NCBI RefSeq assembly: GCF_052425735.1
Contig: NC_135768.1
Location: 6,758,001 to 6,822,000 of the forward strand
DNA length: 64,000 bases
Origin: Oculina patagonica
Taxonomy: Eukaryota
Reading direction: 5' to 3'
Under the pieces are notes generated by a model. The model did not search any database and was not told the DNA's origin. It saw nothing but the letters and a program-made list of their open reading frames with translations. Below, one piece after another: positions 1-13,200 of this stretch (position 1 is its first letter; each line of letters begins with the position of its first letter). A program made the translations under genes and the position numbers.

Positions 1-210
1 CATTCCGCGTTTTAGGATATTCCGTCATTCCGTGTTTTAGGATATTCCGCCATTCCGTGTTTTAGGATATTCCGTCATTCCGCGTTTTAGGATATTCCGT
101 CATTCCGTGTTTTAGGATATTCCGTCATTCCGTGTTTTAGGATATTCCGTCATTCCGCCATTCCGCCGTGCCGTTCCGTCATTCCGCCATTCCGCCGAAT
201 AGGGTCACCC
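1..210. repeat. Right terminus of a foldback-type element: 25-bp tandem unit (cattccgYgttttaggatattccgt) ending in ...ccgaatagggtcaccc
   Basis: About 6 tandem 25-bp units, then shorter attccgcc units and a GC-rich end. Same architecture as the arms of the 45728-47994 element. The other arm is outside the window. Confidence 0.6.
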
Positions 211-573
211 AGCTACAAAGCTACAAAGTTCTGCACAAAATACTTGAAACTACATACTTAAAACTATAGCTGCACAAAATACTTTTCGCATACTCTCCAT
301 ATCTCACTGTTGAAAGAGTGAGGTGTCTTGCCCTATTTTCTAGTCTTGTGATCCTGTTCTTGTTTGCAAAAAAAATTACAGTTTTAATTTGCAGAACCTG
401 AGACACAAAAAAGAAACTTTATTGTCTGTCTCTTAGATCACTGTAAGTTCCTCTTGTGCCACCAAAATAACTTAATTTGTACTTGTATCTATTTTAACTA
501 TTAACACTTAGTAGTACTTCATTGTCAATAATGTGTCTGATTAATGACCCATTCTCTTTTTTTGTTTACTTAG

Positions 574-1150
574 AAACGTGAAATAGAAGAAGAATTGCAA
601 AGGAGAGGAGAAGCCATGAAGGAAAGCAGAAGACGAAGGACTGTCGTTATTCCAGTAAGATACTTACTGTATCAAAGGCACTTATTTGAAATCAATTTGA
701 ATAAGAATCATCGACTTCCACAAAAATGACACACTTCATTTGAGTGTGCTCTGATGTCTGAAGCACAAAGCACCATGCTGTTGCCAAAGTTCCACAAACA
801 TTTATTTATGTCTTGCTCAGGACATGTATTGGTGCTTCAATATTATATAAAAAAGCGAATATTAACGTTAAAAGCTGACGTTTCGGCGTCATCGTGACAC
901 CATTCTCAAGGCAAAGTGAAGAAAAATTGTGAATAATCAAATTGTATTGTGATATCAGTTTCTATAGTCTCTATAAATTAGTTATAGAGACTATAGAAAC
1001 CGATATCGCATTATTTATTCACTTTGCCTTGAGAATGGTGTCACGATGACGCCGAAACTTCAGCTTTTAACGTTAATATTTGCTTGTTTATGCTTTAAGA
1101 AATCGTTATTGATCAAAATATTATATGAGTACAATCAATCACTCACTCAC

Positions 1151-1202
<52 letters not shown>

Positions 1203-4200
1203 CTGACACAAATTACAGTCATGTAGGAAGAAATTTTATTTTGCCGCATGACCTTATGGTTTTTAAAATGACAGGAAAAGAACTCCAAGACTGATCTAGT
1301 CCCCCAAAGCTCAAAAACACGAGATGCCGATCCTAGCCAAGCAAAAGAAATTCCCATTCAGAGAAAACAATCAGGGAATTCTCTTGCATCAATGCAGCCA
1401 TCCTCACCTAAGAAAACAGATGGAATGCCCTCTGGGTACAGCATCATGAGACGGCGACGGAGTTCTGAAGGCTTGGGTGACGAATCTTTCACAGGGACGA
1501 GAGTAATAAACTTCAGCAGCAGAGGGGAGCATGTGGTGCATTGTGGGAAATGTCTTGGTAAGTTTGAATTGATAGGCGACTTTGATCCAATCAAAGAAAC
1601 TCACCTTAGTTAGTAACCAGGGATGTAGCTAAAAATACACTAAGCCGGCTCATCAACAAGCCCAGCTGGCTTTTCTGGCCTTGGACTTCTGACTTAACTC
1701 ATTATAAGATTGAGTCCGCTTAAAAAATATATTTATTATAATTATGGTTTGGAAAAAGGATTAAAAAAGTCTTGAATTTTTCATTATAAAAAAAAATGTG
1801 TATACATGCTGTTTATACTTCATGCTAATTAGGAATGGAAATTGAGTAAAGAACCAACAGTGATGAACACAAACTTCTCTGATTTAGACTACTAATGAAA
1901 ATCATTAAAAGGAAATAAATATTATTATGGAAGTATCTGTAACTCATTGACCTGTATTTTTGCACACTTGATTAATATAGGTCAGGGCTCGTCAGGTTCA
2001 AGGGTTTACAGTGCCATGGACATCACTATTGGTGATTTAGTTGTGGTTTGTGAATGGACTTTGACTCCACATCAAGTGGGCGCGAGGCGCACACTGAGCA
2101 TCACTGAGAACCAGCAGCAAGACATGCAAGGAAGACTTATGAAACAGGTTAGATTGTAAAGATAAGAGTAAAGCATGTTCATTAGCCTAGTCTGCATAAT
2201 AGGCGTAGAAGGGGGAAGGGGGTAGTAGGAGGATTGAGGGAATTTGAGGAGTGAAAACAGCAAGCTACATTAACCCTGTTCAGTTGGCAGTCATTGAGGT
2301 TGCATTAGTGAATGCAAACAGAGAGTGCTCAGTTCTAGGATTTTCAAGCAATCATTTAACTTAAACTGATGCATATTTGCATGTTTTGCTACAACAGGAA
2401 TTAAGGCACTATTCCCATCCCCTTCCAGAGTATTAATGACAATACTTTATGGGTTACAACTCCTAAACGTTTTTTTTTTTGTGAAATCTATTAATAGCAG
2501 CAATCCTTCTGTTTTTAACTTGATGGGCACCATGTTCTCTGAGGCATTCTAACGGCCACTGAGGGACCACTGTGGACCTTGAGGCTTTTTTATCATTAGT
2601 ATCTTAAATAATCACTAAGGTGTAACGTAAAATGCTAATATACTTATTGTACAGTTTGTTTGTTTGAAGGTTTCCAGCATTGAACAGGAGATTCTGTCCC
2701 TTATCAACCGAGTCAGTCATCCAAATCTGACTCATTACTTAGCTGTAAATGTCAAGGAAGCAACTCCCACCGTTAAAATTCAGGTAATGAACATTAAACG
2801 ATTTTAAGTTAAAACGTTTTTTTCAACTTCTCATTAGCGTTGTATTCAATGTTTTGGTCGTTTAATAGGCTGGGTCAGACACCTGTAAGATTTGATTAGC
2901 ATCACATTACTTATTTACTTCTTTATGAAAATAGCCAACCGGTCAGCTTTCTACTAGTTTGGTTTCGTCACATTTTTTTTTGCTTTATTTCATATATTCA
3001 GTCCACATTCCACATACACCCACAAGCTTCTAGTCTTACACACAAACCTCATATTAACAAAGTCTGCTTTTACCTTTTTTGTTAGCCCTTCTGCTATATA
3101 AACATGGTATAGCAAAATGATGTATTAAAAGAATTTCAGGTCAAAATTATATCAAACTACATGTAGTCTGGCCTGTATTTTTCTTTGTTCCAGATTTACC
3201 ACCGAAATCCTTAAGTTTGGAACCACTTTAACCTGAAATTACTTTAAAGGGCGGTATCACATGAAGTCTTCTAAGTTTTTTTTTTTTGTTGTAAACTATG
3301 CAAGAATTATAAGGGTGCACTCAGTGATCAACAAGAAAGGCATAATTTCATGTAACACTGTCAAACTTGAATACGTTGGGCCGTCTTCACGTTTTAGGCC
3401 ACTACTGTCCTATCTCTCCGTAGCCAAACCACCTTTTAACAATTTTCCTGACTAGTGCATTACGTTTTAGCAAGGCCATACAACCATTAGTGGATTTACA
3501 ATTAACACCAACACACCTTCATTTCATCAAGTAGTACTAAATCATGGTGGTTCTGTCCTTTTAACCTGACGACCTGAACCCACTTGCACCTGAAATTCTT
3601 TTTACACTACAACACAAACATGTCATTTTTGTTGCACTGAACGGAAATTAGTTATGTCTTTAAGACCGGATTTCGCTTGAAAAGTAACTTATAATGGTTT
3701 TTCGGGCCCGTTTCCTACGTCCAGGTTTTGGCGGAATATGTTGGCGGTGGAGATCTGGGTCTCCATTTGAGAAGTGGAGGGCTACCGTTAGCACAGCTAC
3801 GGGAATACACACATCAGTTAGTGGAGGCCCTGTGCTATCTTCATGGCAAAGCTGTGGTCCATAAAGATTTGAGGGTGAGTGCTTTGTGTAATAAATGATC
3901 AAAATTATACAATACGTCAAGGATGTGATTAGGATAATTACCGTTCAACAACTACGTAAGGATTTAAACAATAACTGGGATAATTCTCGCGCGCTCATTG
4001 GTCGAAAGTTTTGTTCGATGAGGGTATACATGTATACTATGAAAATGACGTAACCCGTTACGCAGTTTAAGGAAAATTTCGGAAACTTGAGAAATTGGCA
4101 CGATTTTACCGAACCAAAGAACCCGGCGAGTTGTGAAGTCAGCTGAAACATTACCCGGAAACATTAACGAAACAATTTCGCACACATTCTTCGGCTTCAA

Positions 4201-7200
4201 GTGAAAAAAAAAAAACGCTGTCTTACGCTGATTTCCCATTTCAAAATTCGGCTAAGAGGTCCTGCCACAAGAACTACAAGGTCTGGTTCTTTTTCGAGTT
4301 CAATTATTTAAGTCCATTTTTATTTGCCTTTTTTTCATTCGTAGTTGACAAGTTGCCGTCTTGACTCTGATGGTAATTTAAGGCTCGCTGACTACAGTGT
4401 AGGGAAGAGGTAAGCGACTCGGAACATTTGTTGATCACACTTGTTGTATTCTTTGTTGTATGCATTGCTTATCGCGAGTCCGGCTTGAAGCGGTTTCGAC
4501 GAGGTATAAGTTATCGTAACTTATGATTACGGTCTCAAGAAAAAAAAAATCGCAGCAGGGTTACGTCCCCGCTTTATTACGAAAGCGCGAGGGAGTGAGG
4601 GTATAGGGGGACAAGTATTTTCTTCTAGGGTCAATAACAATTTTAAGAGGATGTCCGCCAGGACTTCGAGTAGTTACTGGACAAAATTATGTACCAAAAC
4701 TATTTACACCTGATTGCAAGCTTTTGTGTTACTGCTTCAAATATCTTATCGAAAGAAATATTTTCTAACAACACCAAACATCGAAAACAAATTTCGAAGT
4801 TCCACTGAATCGCTTAAAGACGAATTTACAAAATGGCTACACGTGAGATTTTGCCTATAGCTTGTGAACTTTGAAATTCATTTTCTCAGGCTCTGATAAG
4901 AAATTGTTGTTGGTGTTATCACGAATAATTACTTACATCTTTAACTTTTATTAAGGGTAAGAAAGAACGCAATAGGATTTAAATTATCCTGGTAATCGAT
5001 TTTTGTCCAACTTAAATAAATGTTACTCGACTTCCTAGTGGATTCCGTCTTAATTATGTCATTTCATCACCTACAAGACGTTACGCAGTTGTTGCCAATT
5101 TTAAGGTGGCTCCGTAGTTATTCCAGGCGCACTCGTAGATGTCAAACTTTGCGTTATAACTTTTTCGGCTTTGACGTGATGGCTATGAAACTTTGGGAAA
5201 ACTTTTGCCTATCATTCAGTAATGATATGATTTAATTTGATTTCACTGGTGAAAAATATTTTCAATGTTACTGGCGTTTAACTGGATCCCACTTTTTGGA
5301 CAAAATCGCGTCCAGTAAAAAATTTTGCCGATATATTTTTGCTAAATTTCTAGAATCATCTTATATTCACTTAATACACACCATAGCCAAGTTTCAGGAA
5401 AATCGTTGGAGCAGAAGTCCGGAAATACTAAGGTCATGTAAATTCAACGCTTACATTCTATTGAAAGTTTCCTTACTTGACGCTCGTATTCGCTAGTTCT
5501 GTAAACATTATAAAATGCATGAAAACGTTCTCCAACCTCCAAAGTTGCGTTTTGTAGCATTTTGCGAAAATTATACCGCGGTTTTGCGTCAAACTGCTGC
5601 CACATAAATTTCAAGGTACTGCAAAATGTTTGCATCGATTTTTGTTGCTGTGTTGTGCTGTGAGCTGGAGAATTCTTCTTGGAATTGTAAGCTACTCCGC
5701 GACTGAAAGCAGGCGAGCAGTTTTGTTTATATAATTTTGAATACGAAATAAGCATGTGCGTCATTTATTCAAAGAATTCGCACCTTCATAAGGGGGCGTC
5801 AGTGATATGCGCGTCAACCACGTCAGGAGGGGAGGATTAAAGAATTTAAACTATATGTGTACCGTTTATAAAAATTGCAAGCACTAATGCAACTTATTGT
5901 TGTTAGTGGAGGATTGTGTTTTCGTAATCTTGTAAGAAAAAATTTTAGCGTAATCCCACATTTAATAACACAACCTCATGATTTGTCTTTTGGAGAGTAC
6001 ATCTCCCCTCCCTTCCTGGGGTGGTTAGCGCGCATATCACTAAATCCCCCTTATCATAGGTGCGAATTCTTGGAATAAATGACGCACATGCTCATTTCGT
6101 ATTCATAATTATGTAAACAAACTGCTCGCCTACTATCAGTCGCGGAGTAGCTTACAGCACGGCACAGCAACAAAAATAGATGCAAACATTTTGCAGTACC
6201 TTGAAATTTATGTGGCAGAGGTTTGACGCAAAACTGCGGTATAATTTTCGAAAAAAAGTTGCAAAATGCAACTTTGGAGGTTGGAGAACGTTTTCATGCA
6301 TTTTATAATGTTTACAGAACTAGCGAATACTTTTTAACGGTTCGTACGATTAACAATCGGCTAGGCACTCTGATTTAGCAAGCATTGGAGAGGCTTCTCA
6401 CGAAAACTTGGGGTCGTAGCTTGTTTTGTCGACGAGCGTCAAGTATGGAAACTTTCAATAAAATGTAAGCGTTGAATTTACATGACCTTAGTATTTCCGG
6501 ACTTCTGCTCCAACGATTTTCCTGAAACTTGGCTATGGTGTGTATTAAGTGAATATAAGATGATTCTAGAAATTTAGCAAAAATATATCGGCAAAATTTT
6601 TTACTGGACGCGATTTTGTCCAAAAAGTGGGATCCAGTTAAACGCCAGTAACATTGAAAATATTTTTCACCAGTGAAATCAAATTAAATCATATCATTAC
6701 TGAATGATAGGCAAAAGTTTTCCCGAAGTTTCATAGCCATCGCGTCAAAGCCGAAAAAGTTATGACGCAAAGTTTGACATCCACGAGTGCGCCTGGAATA
6801 ACTCTGGAGCCACCTTAACAAACAATTTTATTTCGCCTGGCTCCAACCCCACCCCGTCGCGCTCCGTGCCCCCATTCACTTCGCGTTCTTTCCTTGCGTT
6901 GAAAAAAAAAAAGATAGAGTGGCTGTGACTGTCTATGTGCCCGGGCCATGAGCTTGGGTGACCTGTGACACACATCATTTTTGAGAGTTAGCCGCAAACT
7001 GCTGTTGGCTTGGGACTAAATGTTACTCGCAATATTTTAGGCTTTCTGATTTGCACCAAGTCTATGGTGGTAACGGGAAAGATACGCAGAGTAACACGAG
7101 TGAAGAGAACAACAAAACAAGTTCGCGTTATGGGAAAACTGGCGACATTTACAGTTTGGTAAGAAGTGAGAATTTTCCGTTTTATAACAAATCTAAGCTA

Positions 7201-10200
7201 GCGCTGAAATAACAGAAGTAACAACTTTTAGGTGAACGATGTCGGAGATTTTTGTTACTCGAGTGTAGTGTGCTTTGAAAACGTTATAGAGAATTTTAGT
7301 GACATCGGCTTTTTATCACGATTGAACAGAACTGAGCTTATGAACTTATCTAGCTCGTGGGAAAGTTGACCATAACGACTTGAGCTTTTTAACTAACGGG
7401 GCTCATTAGGAAGTGGGAATGCCGGGCTCGCGGTACTGGGTAGCGATGAAGGAAAATGATTCCGACATCGTAAAAAGGTAAAACTCTTGTCGAATCTAGT
7501 GGCTTATCGATCGGAGCTTATCCTGGTTTCTGTAGCATGAAGCAACTAGAAGTATTGAAGATGCTAGTCCATCGCATGGTTACCCCCAGCAGTAAATTCG
7601 CCGTAGAGTGTAATAGTGAATTATTTCGCTTGTTCAGTATGAAGTCAGTAACGTGAATATGACAATGATTTTTTACGCCTTTCAAAAAACCGCGGCTCAT
7701 GAAGTTCAAAACCAAACCAACGATTACTTTTTTTTGCTTCCGTCAATCATATTAACGAAGACAATCAAAGGATCCTGGAAAAAATTGATATTGGTATGGC
7801 TTAGAACTGAAAGATTTACACTGTATGATTATAGGGTTTGCTTGTGCTTTCTTTGGCTCTTGGAGAAGTAATTACTGGAGACGTGAAAGAAATACCTACT
7901 TCTTTGCCATCAGAACTACGCGATTTCCTTTCAAAGTAAGTATTAGGGTGAAAATAGGTCTTTCATTTTCCTTTATTCACCACAAAAGGCGTAAGTTTCG
8001 TCACACAGGGCTTGTCAAGGGAAAGTTACTCTGTGCTTATCGCCTTTCGCCGGATCGGTTCGCTCGCCAACTAGTTCTCGCGGCGAACGCCGTTTGTGGC
8101 GATGTGGCCCAAACGTGATACTGAGGCCTGGGGGGAGAGAAGGGGGAAAAAGAGGGGGAGATGGGGAAAGAGGGGGGGAATTAATCTTAGAATCGTCAAG
8201 ATTTTGATTCTTTAAAGCGGGCGGAATAATACGTGAGTTACAATTTCTTTCCACGTAAAGTTGAACTTTTATCACACCAGGATAGGAAAGCGAGGATATG
8301 AAATGCTTATTTGAGCTCTGCTTAATTAAACTCTTGCTATTTAGTAATAACTTAGCTCCCTGTCTACAGCATGTCCATAAAAGGATACTTGTTTATTCAA
8401 AACTCACGTAATGCAGAGTCATAGGTCAACTTGAAAATCGAAACAAATGCCCAACTTTTGAAAGGTGAAGCTAACCGGGCACTTAACGTGAAGGGACCTT
8501 TGGGCTCACGTGACAAGAACACGTAAGTGTGTCCCAGTATCTTTGCGTCACCATGCAAACAACAATTGTAATTACAATCAAGCTACGCTGCGTGACATTT
8601 TATTTTATTTGTTAATCTCGTTCACAGTTGTTTAAAGGCCGACGAAAGAAATCGCTGGTCCGCTTCTCAATTACTGGAACATTCATTCGTAACTCCGGCT
8701 ATTTCCAGTGGTTTATCAAACGGTCAAAAGGAAGCGGCTAGAAATGATGGGATCGCTGGGAATGATGGGGCATCATTCCTGGTTGACCAACCGGAACACG
8801 AAGAGCCTGTACCAGACTTTTCATTTTTCTCGGGCGTTCCCGGGAAATCCCGCGTCAAATGCGAGTTTGAAGAGCTGCAGTTTCTTGGAAAGGGAGGATT
8901 TGGAAATGTCATAAAGGTTAGTGCATTTTGTTGTCAGGAAATGCCTGGTAAGCGACGTCCACAGTTACGCGTTTTCGCTTAAATATCCATACTTTTTTAA
9001 GCGTTTGTGCCTATCGTTTTTACCGGAACGATGGAAAAGTATGTTTTTATCTAAAGCGACGTCTTTCAAAAACGCTTTTTATAAAGTGTGGCGTTTTACA
9101 AAGGCAGTTTTACTGTTTCCATGTAGCCCTTGACGAAAAAACTTATCATTTGACAATAGCTAAAGGAATGTAAATGTACAGAATGTATGTAATGTTATGT
9201 CAGTAAACATTATTAAAAAAAAATCATTTGACATCGGTTTCAGTCCATATTAGAACGTGTCATGGAATTAATTCAAGGCTCTTCTCTTTGTCACATGCGC
9301 CATCCCAGGTCCCTGCGTTTTCTTTCGTTTTGGACCATTTCAATGAGGACATGTGGCAATATTGGGTTTATTGATATTCATTTCCATTTGACTGTATATT
9401 TTTTTAACCTCTTTCATTCCTTTCAGGTGCGCAATAAACTTGACAACTGCCTGTACGCTGTAAAGCGGATTCCTCTGAACCCAAAGAGCTCTCAGTTCAC
9501 CAAGAGGATTATGCGCGAGGTGCAGCTGATTTCCCGCCTGAATCACGAGAATGTTGTCAGGTCAGCAGCTTTTTCTTGGGATCCTAGCTAGCGGGGAACA
9601 TAGACTCGGGTCACATACCGCCTTAATTGTTTTTCAAGTTGTTTGCTATCCGTCTAATCCTTCCCCAATTTTGAACACTTTGGTTTGTTACTTCCTCTGT
9701 CTTTAATTTGGCGTTCATAAAGGATTATGTAGAGGGTACCTTTGATTTGAAAGTCATTCTATCAATATACCGCAAAAACCGATTTCAAATACTGGTTTTC
9801 AGAATAGCTGTAGCTTGAGTCAATTAAAAAATATGTTACTCCGGAATAGCAAAGTGTGCTTTTGTGTGGTGTAAAAAACGGTTGGAATAATGAGGTCGAT
9901 GATTTAACCAGGTCGCCGAAAGGCTAAATTCGGCTGCATGGAACGAGTAGCATAGGTAAAGCTGAAGTTTGAAGGTGATAACGCTTTAAGTCAGCGGTCA
10001 GCATCATTGTCATTTATTCTGTAGAATTACCATTTGTTCTGTAGAAACACCTGGGTTGTTAAGAACGTGAAAAAAAAACAAGATTTTATTTCAGATGTGT
10101 TCTTTAGCAACCTTGTAACATTGGAATAATAGACCCGTTGTGTATTGAACGAATAAGCTTCCTTGTAATTATGATTAGAACACGACTCTCAGCCAATCAG

Positions 10201-13200
10201 AGCGAATTCTTTATAAGCTGTTTTTATTGCTGTACCCGCAGATATTACAACTCCTGGATCGAAAACGCAGAAGAACAAGAAGACGGAAAAACTCAATCAG
10301 GAGAAGACAAAGCCGCGCAAAACGCCCCTTCAGCCGTGTCAACTGAAGACAGCCTCTTGAAGCTCAACAAGATCGAGGCACCAAGCATGAGAAGTAATGA
10401 GACCAATGTAGAAGATTCTTGGTGGCAGGAAGGACAGGAACCAGATGAAAATGGATCGAACTCGTCGTCTAGTGGATCGCAGGAATCGTTTCGTAGTCCT
10501 AGTAAAACTTCATCTAAAAGTCACAGTGTGTCTTTCTTTAGCAGCAAATCTGAGTCATCTGAAGGGATAGTGTTCAAAGGGAATGCTGACGAGTCTGTTC
10601 TGCAGTTTGGAGATCTACTGGATACTGAGGTAAAGCTGTGGTTCGAGATGTTATAAAAAACAGTGTTGTATTTGTTAAGTGCTAATATAACCTTGTGTAG
10701 TCGTCGAATACGAATAGTTAGCGATTTTTAAAAACATTTAACTATAAAAAGCTGCGATAAATGTTTCTTAAAAACATATCTGGAAAACTTTGTTAAAAAA
10801 CGATAACGTTTCAACGTTGAGCAACGTAAGTGTCAAGTCATAATGAAAGTTGATAAAAATGTATAAACACTAGGTAAAAACAATAGATCAATCGCACAAG
10901 GAATAAAAAGGTTTGAATGTCTTTTCAAACAAAGAGTTTCTCACGGATGTAGTCAGTCTCGGTGTTAAAGCTCGGATTCCGTTCCTTTATGTAAAGCATC
11001 TCATAAATGAGACAATCAAATTTCCTTTGGTAACGTGAAATAGGCTTTCTTTGAGGCCGCTTATGTGCCCATGTACTTCCAAAAATCGCTTTCCAATCAC
11101 CTAGTTCTTATGTTCCATAACATGCTGGTGAAGGTGTCGAGCAGTGTAGCCCACATAATTTGCATCGCAGAGATCACACGATAAGAGCTAAATCACGCAT
11201 TGTTGATTTCCGATTGGAGGCTTGATTTCTTTGGCCTTTGAGATCTTGTTTCAATTTCTTGCTAATAAATACTTGTTGTATGTTAGTCGTTGAATATTTT
11301 TCTTAATAAAAAGGAAATCACTAACTTGCTGAAATTGTCTTGTTGTGCTATCAAATCCTTAGAACTAACATTAAAACAAATTAATTATTATTTATGGCAG
11401 ATAGTGGAGGAATTTATATTTTAAGCTTTGGACCCCAAAGGTAAAAACAGTTCACATGTTTGTTCATGTATGAGTCGATTTGTGTCTCCCCAGTCTGACG
11501 ATTCTGAGGAAGTGGTGGAATGGCAGGAGACTGGGACTGAGTCCAGCACGGAGAGCGTGGGGTTGCAGTATTTGTACATCCAGATGGAGTACTGTGAGAA
11601 GAGCACCTTGAGGAACCTTATTGACGAGGGCTTGCATCACGATAAGGACCGAGTGTGGAGGCTCTTCAGGGAGATCGTAGAGGGACTGGCGCACATTCAC
11701 ATGCAGGTGATCTTGTTTTCTATTGGCCGTTCCGAGGTTGCGCAGGGAACTGGGGCGAGTTTCAAATTTCAAGTAATCGATAATCTGACCACCACATAAA
11801 AGAACCCGGTGAGATTGGTCATTTGGCCAAGTTTGACGCATTTAGGATGAACACAGACGAAGTTATGGGCCTTGAAACATGGTTAAAAATCCATACAAAC
11901 ATCTCTTATTTTGAGACAGCGTCCCCCAAAACCATATAAACTCTTAAATTTTTTTATGATTTTTGTGATACTCTTTAAAATGGGCAAACATAGTGATTTT
12001 CAACTTAGTTTCTTTCAAATAATGGGTCTTTGGCAGGGTTTTACAGCTGTCACAAAACGGATAAAAATTTTAAGAGTTTATATGCTTTTGGGGGACGCTG
12101 GCTTACATTTAGAGACGTTTGTATGGATTTTTAACCATGTTTCAAGGTCCATAACTTCGTTTCTGTGCATCCTGAAAGCATCAAACTTGGTCAAATCACC
12201 AATCTCATCGCGATCTTTCACATGGTGGTGTCAGATTATCGAATACTTGAAATTTGAAACTCGCTCCAGTTCCCTGCGCAACCTCGGTACAGTCGAACCT
12301 CTTTGATACGGACACCAAAGGGACAGCGACGAGTGTTCTTATTACAGAGCTAGAGTTTATATGAATTTTGGTTTCCTTCGGACCAAGTGAACTTTCTGTA
12401 ATAGGGAGTTGTCCGTGTTGTAGAGGTGTCCGTAAGGAGAGGTTCCACTGTAGCTATCGTCCGAGACGATAATGTTGTTCAATTCAGTTTTTTTTTTAGT
12501 TTGTTCTGTTTTCATGCTTGCTAGAAAGGAATTTAAGGTCGTGTTATACTTTAATCAACCGCAACCATCTCGTTTTATAAAATAAATAAATAATAATAAA
12601 TAAATGGGAATTTACAATGTCATCTTCCACATATTGGCTCTTCTTGATCCCACTGATTTCAGAACGAATTGAAATTTGGCAGTGTTGGTTATGACGCCAG
12701 GTCCGGGATTCGAACCCGGGCCACATTGGTGGAAGGACAAGTACTCTCAACACTGCGCCATCCCTGCTCTCGAAGATGACTTTTGCTTAGGTTGTCGAAA
12801 CGTCAGACACCAACAACAGTTCTTTTCAGAACTACACTCACCCGAACAATCACACTATACGAACTACTTATTCTCCTTGGTTCATTTACTATCAATGTCA
12901 ACCGAAAAGTTTTTTTGTTTGATTGTTTCCTTGTTTGATTTTTGAACAAGTAACCACCCTTAAAATACCTTATTATTTTTTTCTGTTTTCAAAATTTAAA
13001 CAGGGCATCATCCATCGAGACCTCAAGCCCGTAAACCTGTTCCTAGATTCTCACGGCCGTATCAAGATCGGCGACTTCGGCCTTGCAACGACGCACGGCA
13101 TGACGCGAGGAGGCATGGGTCCCGATGCTCCGGATTCAAATGAGAAGACCCAGTCTCCCAAGAGCAGCTCCACCACCAAAGAAAGCATGACGGGTAAAGT

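Noticed and set aside
5296-6623. Pair of identical small proteins MDKIASSKK...
   Set aside because: Mirror ORFs produced by the inverted arms of a transposon. The same applies to the ORF pairs at 39.5-40.1/42.5-43.1 kb and 46.4/47.6 kb.
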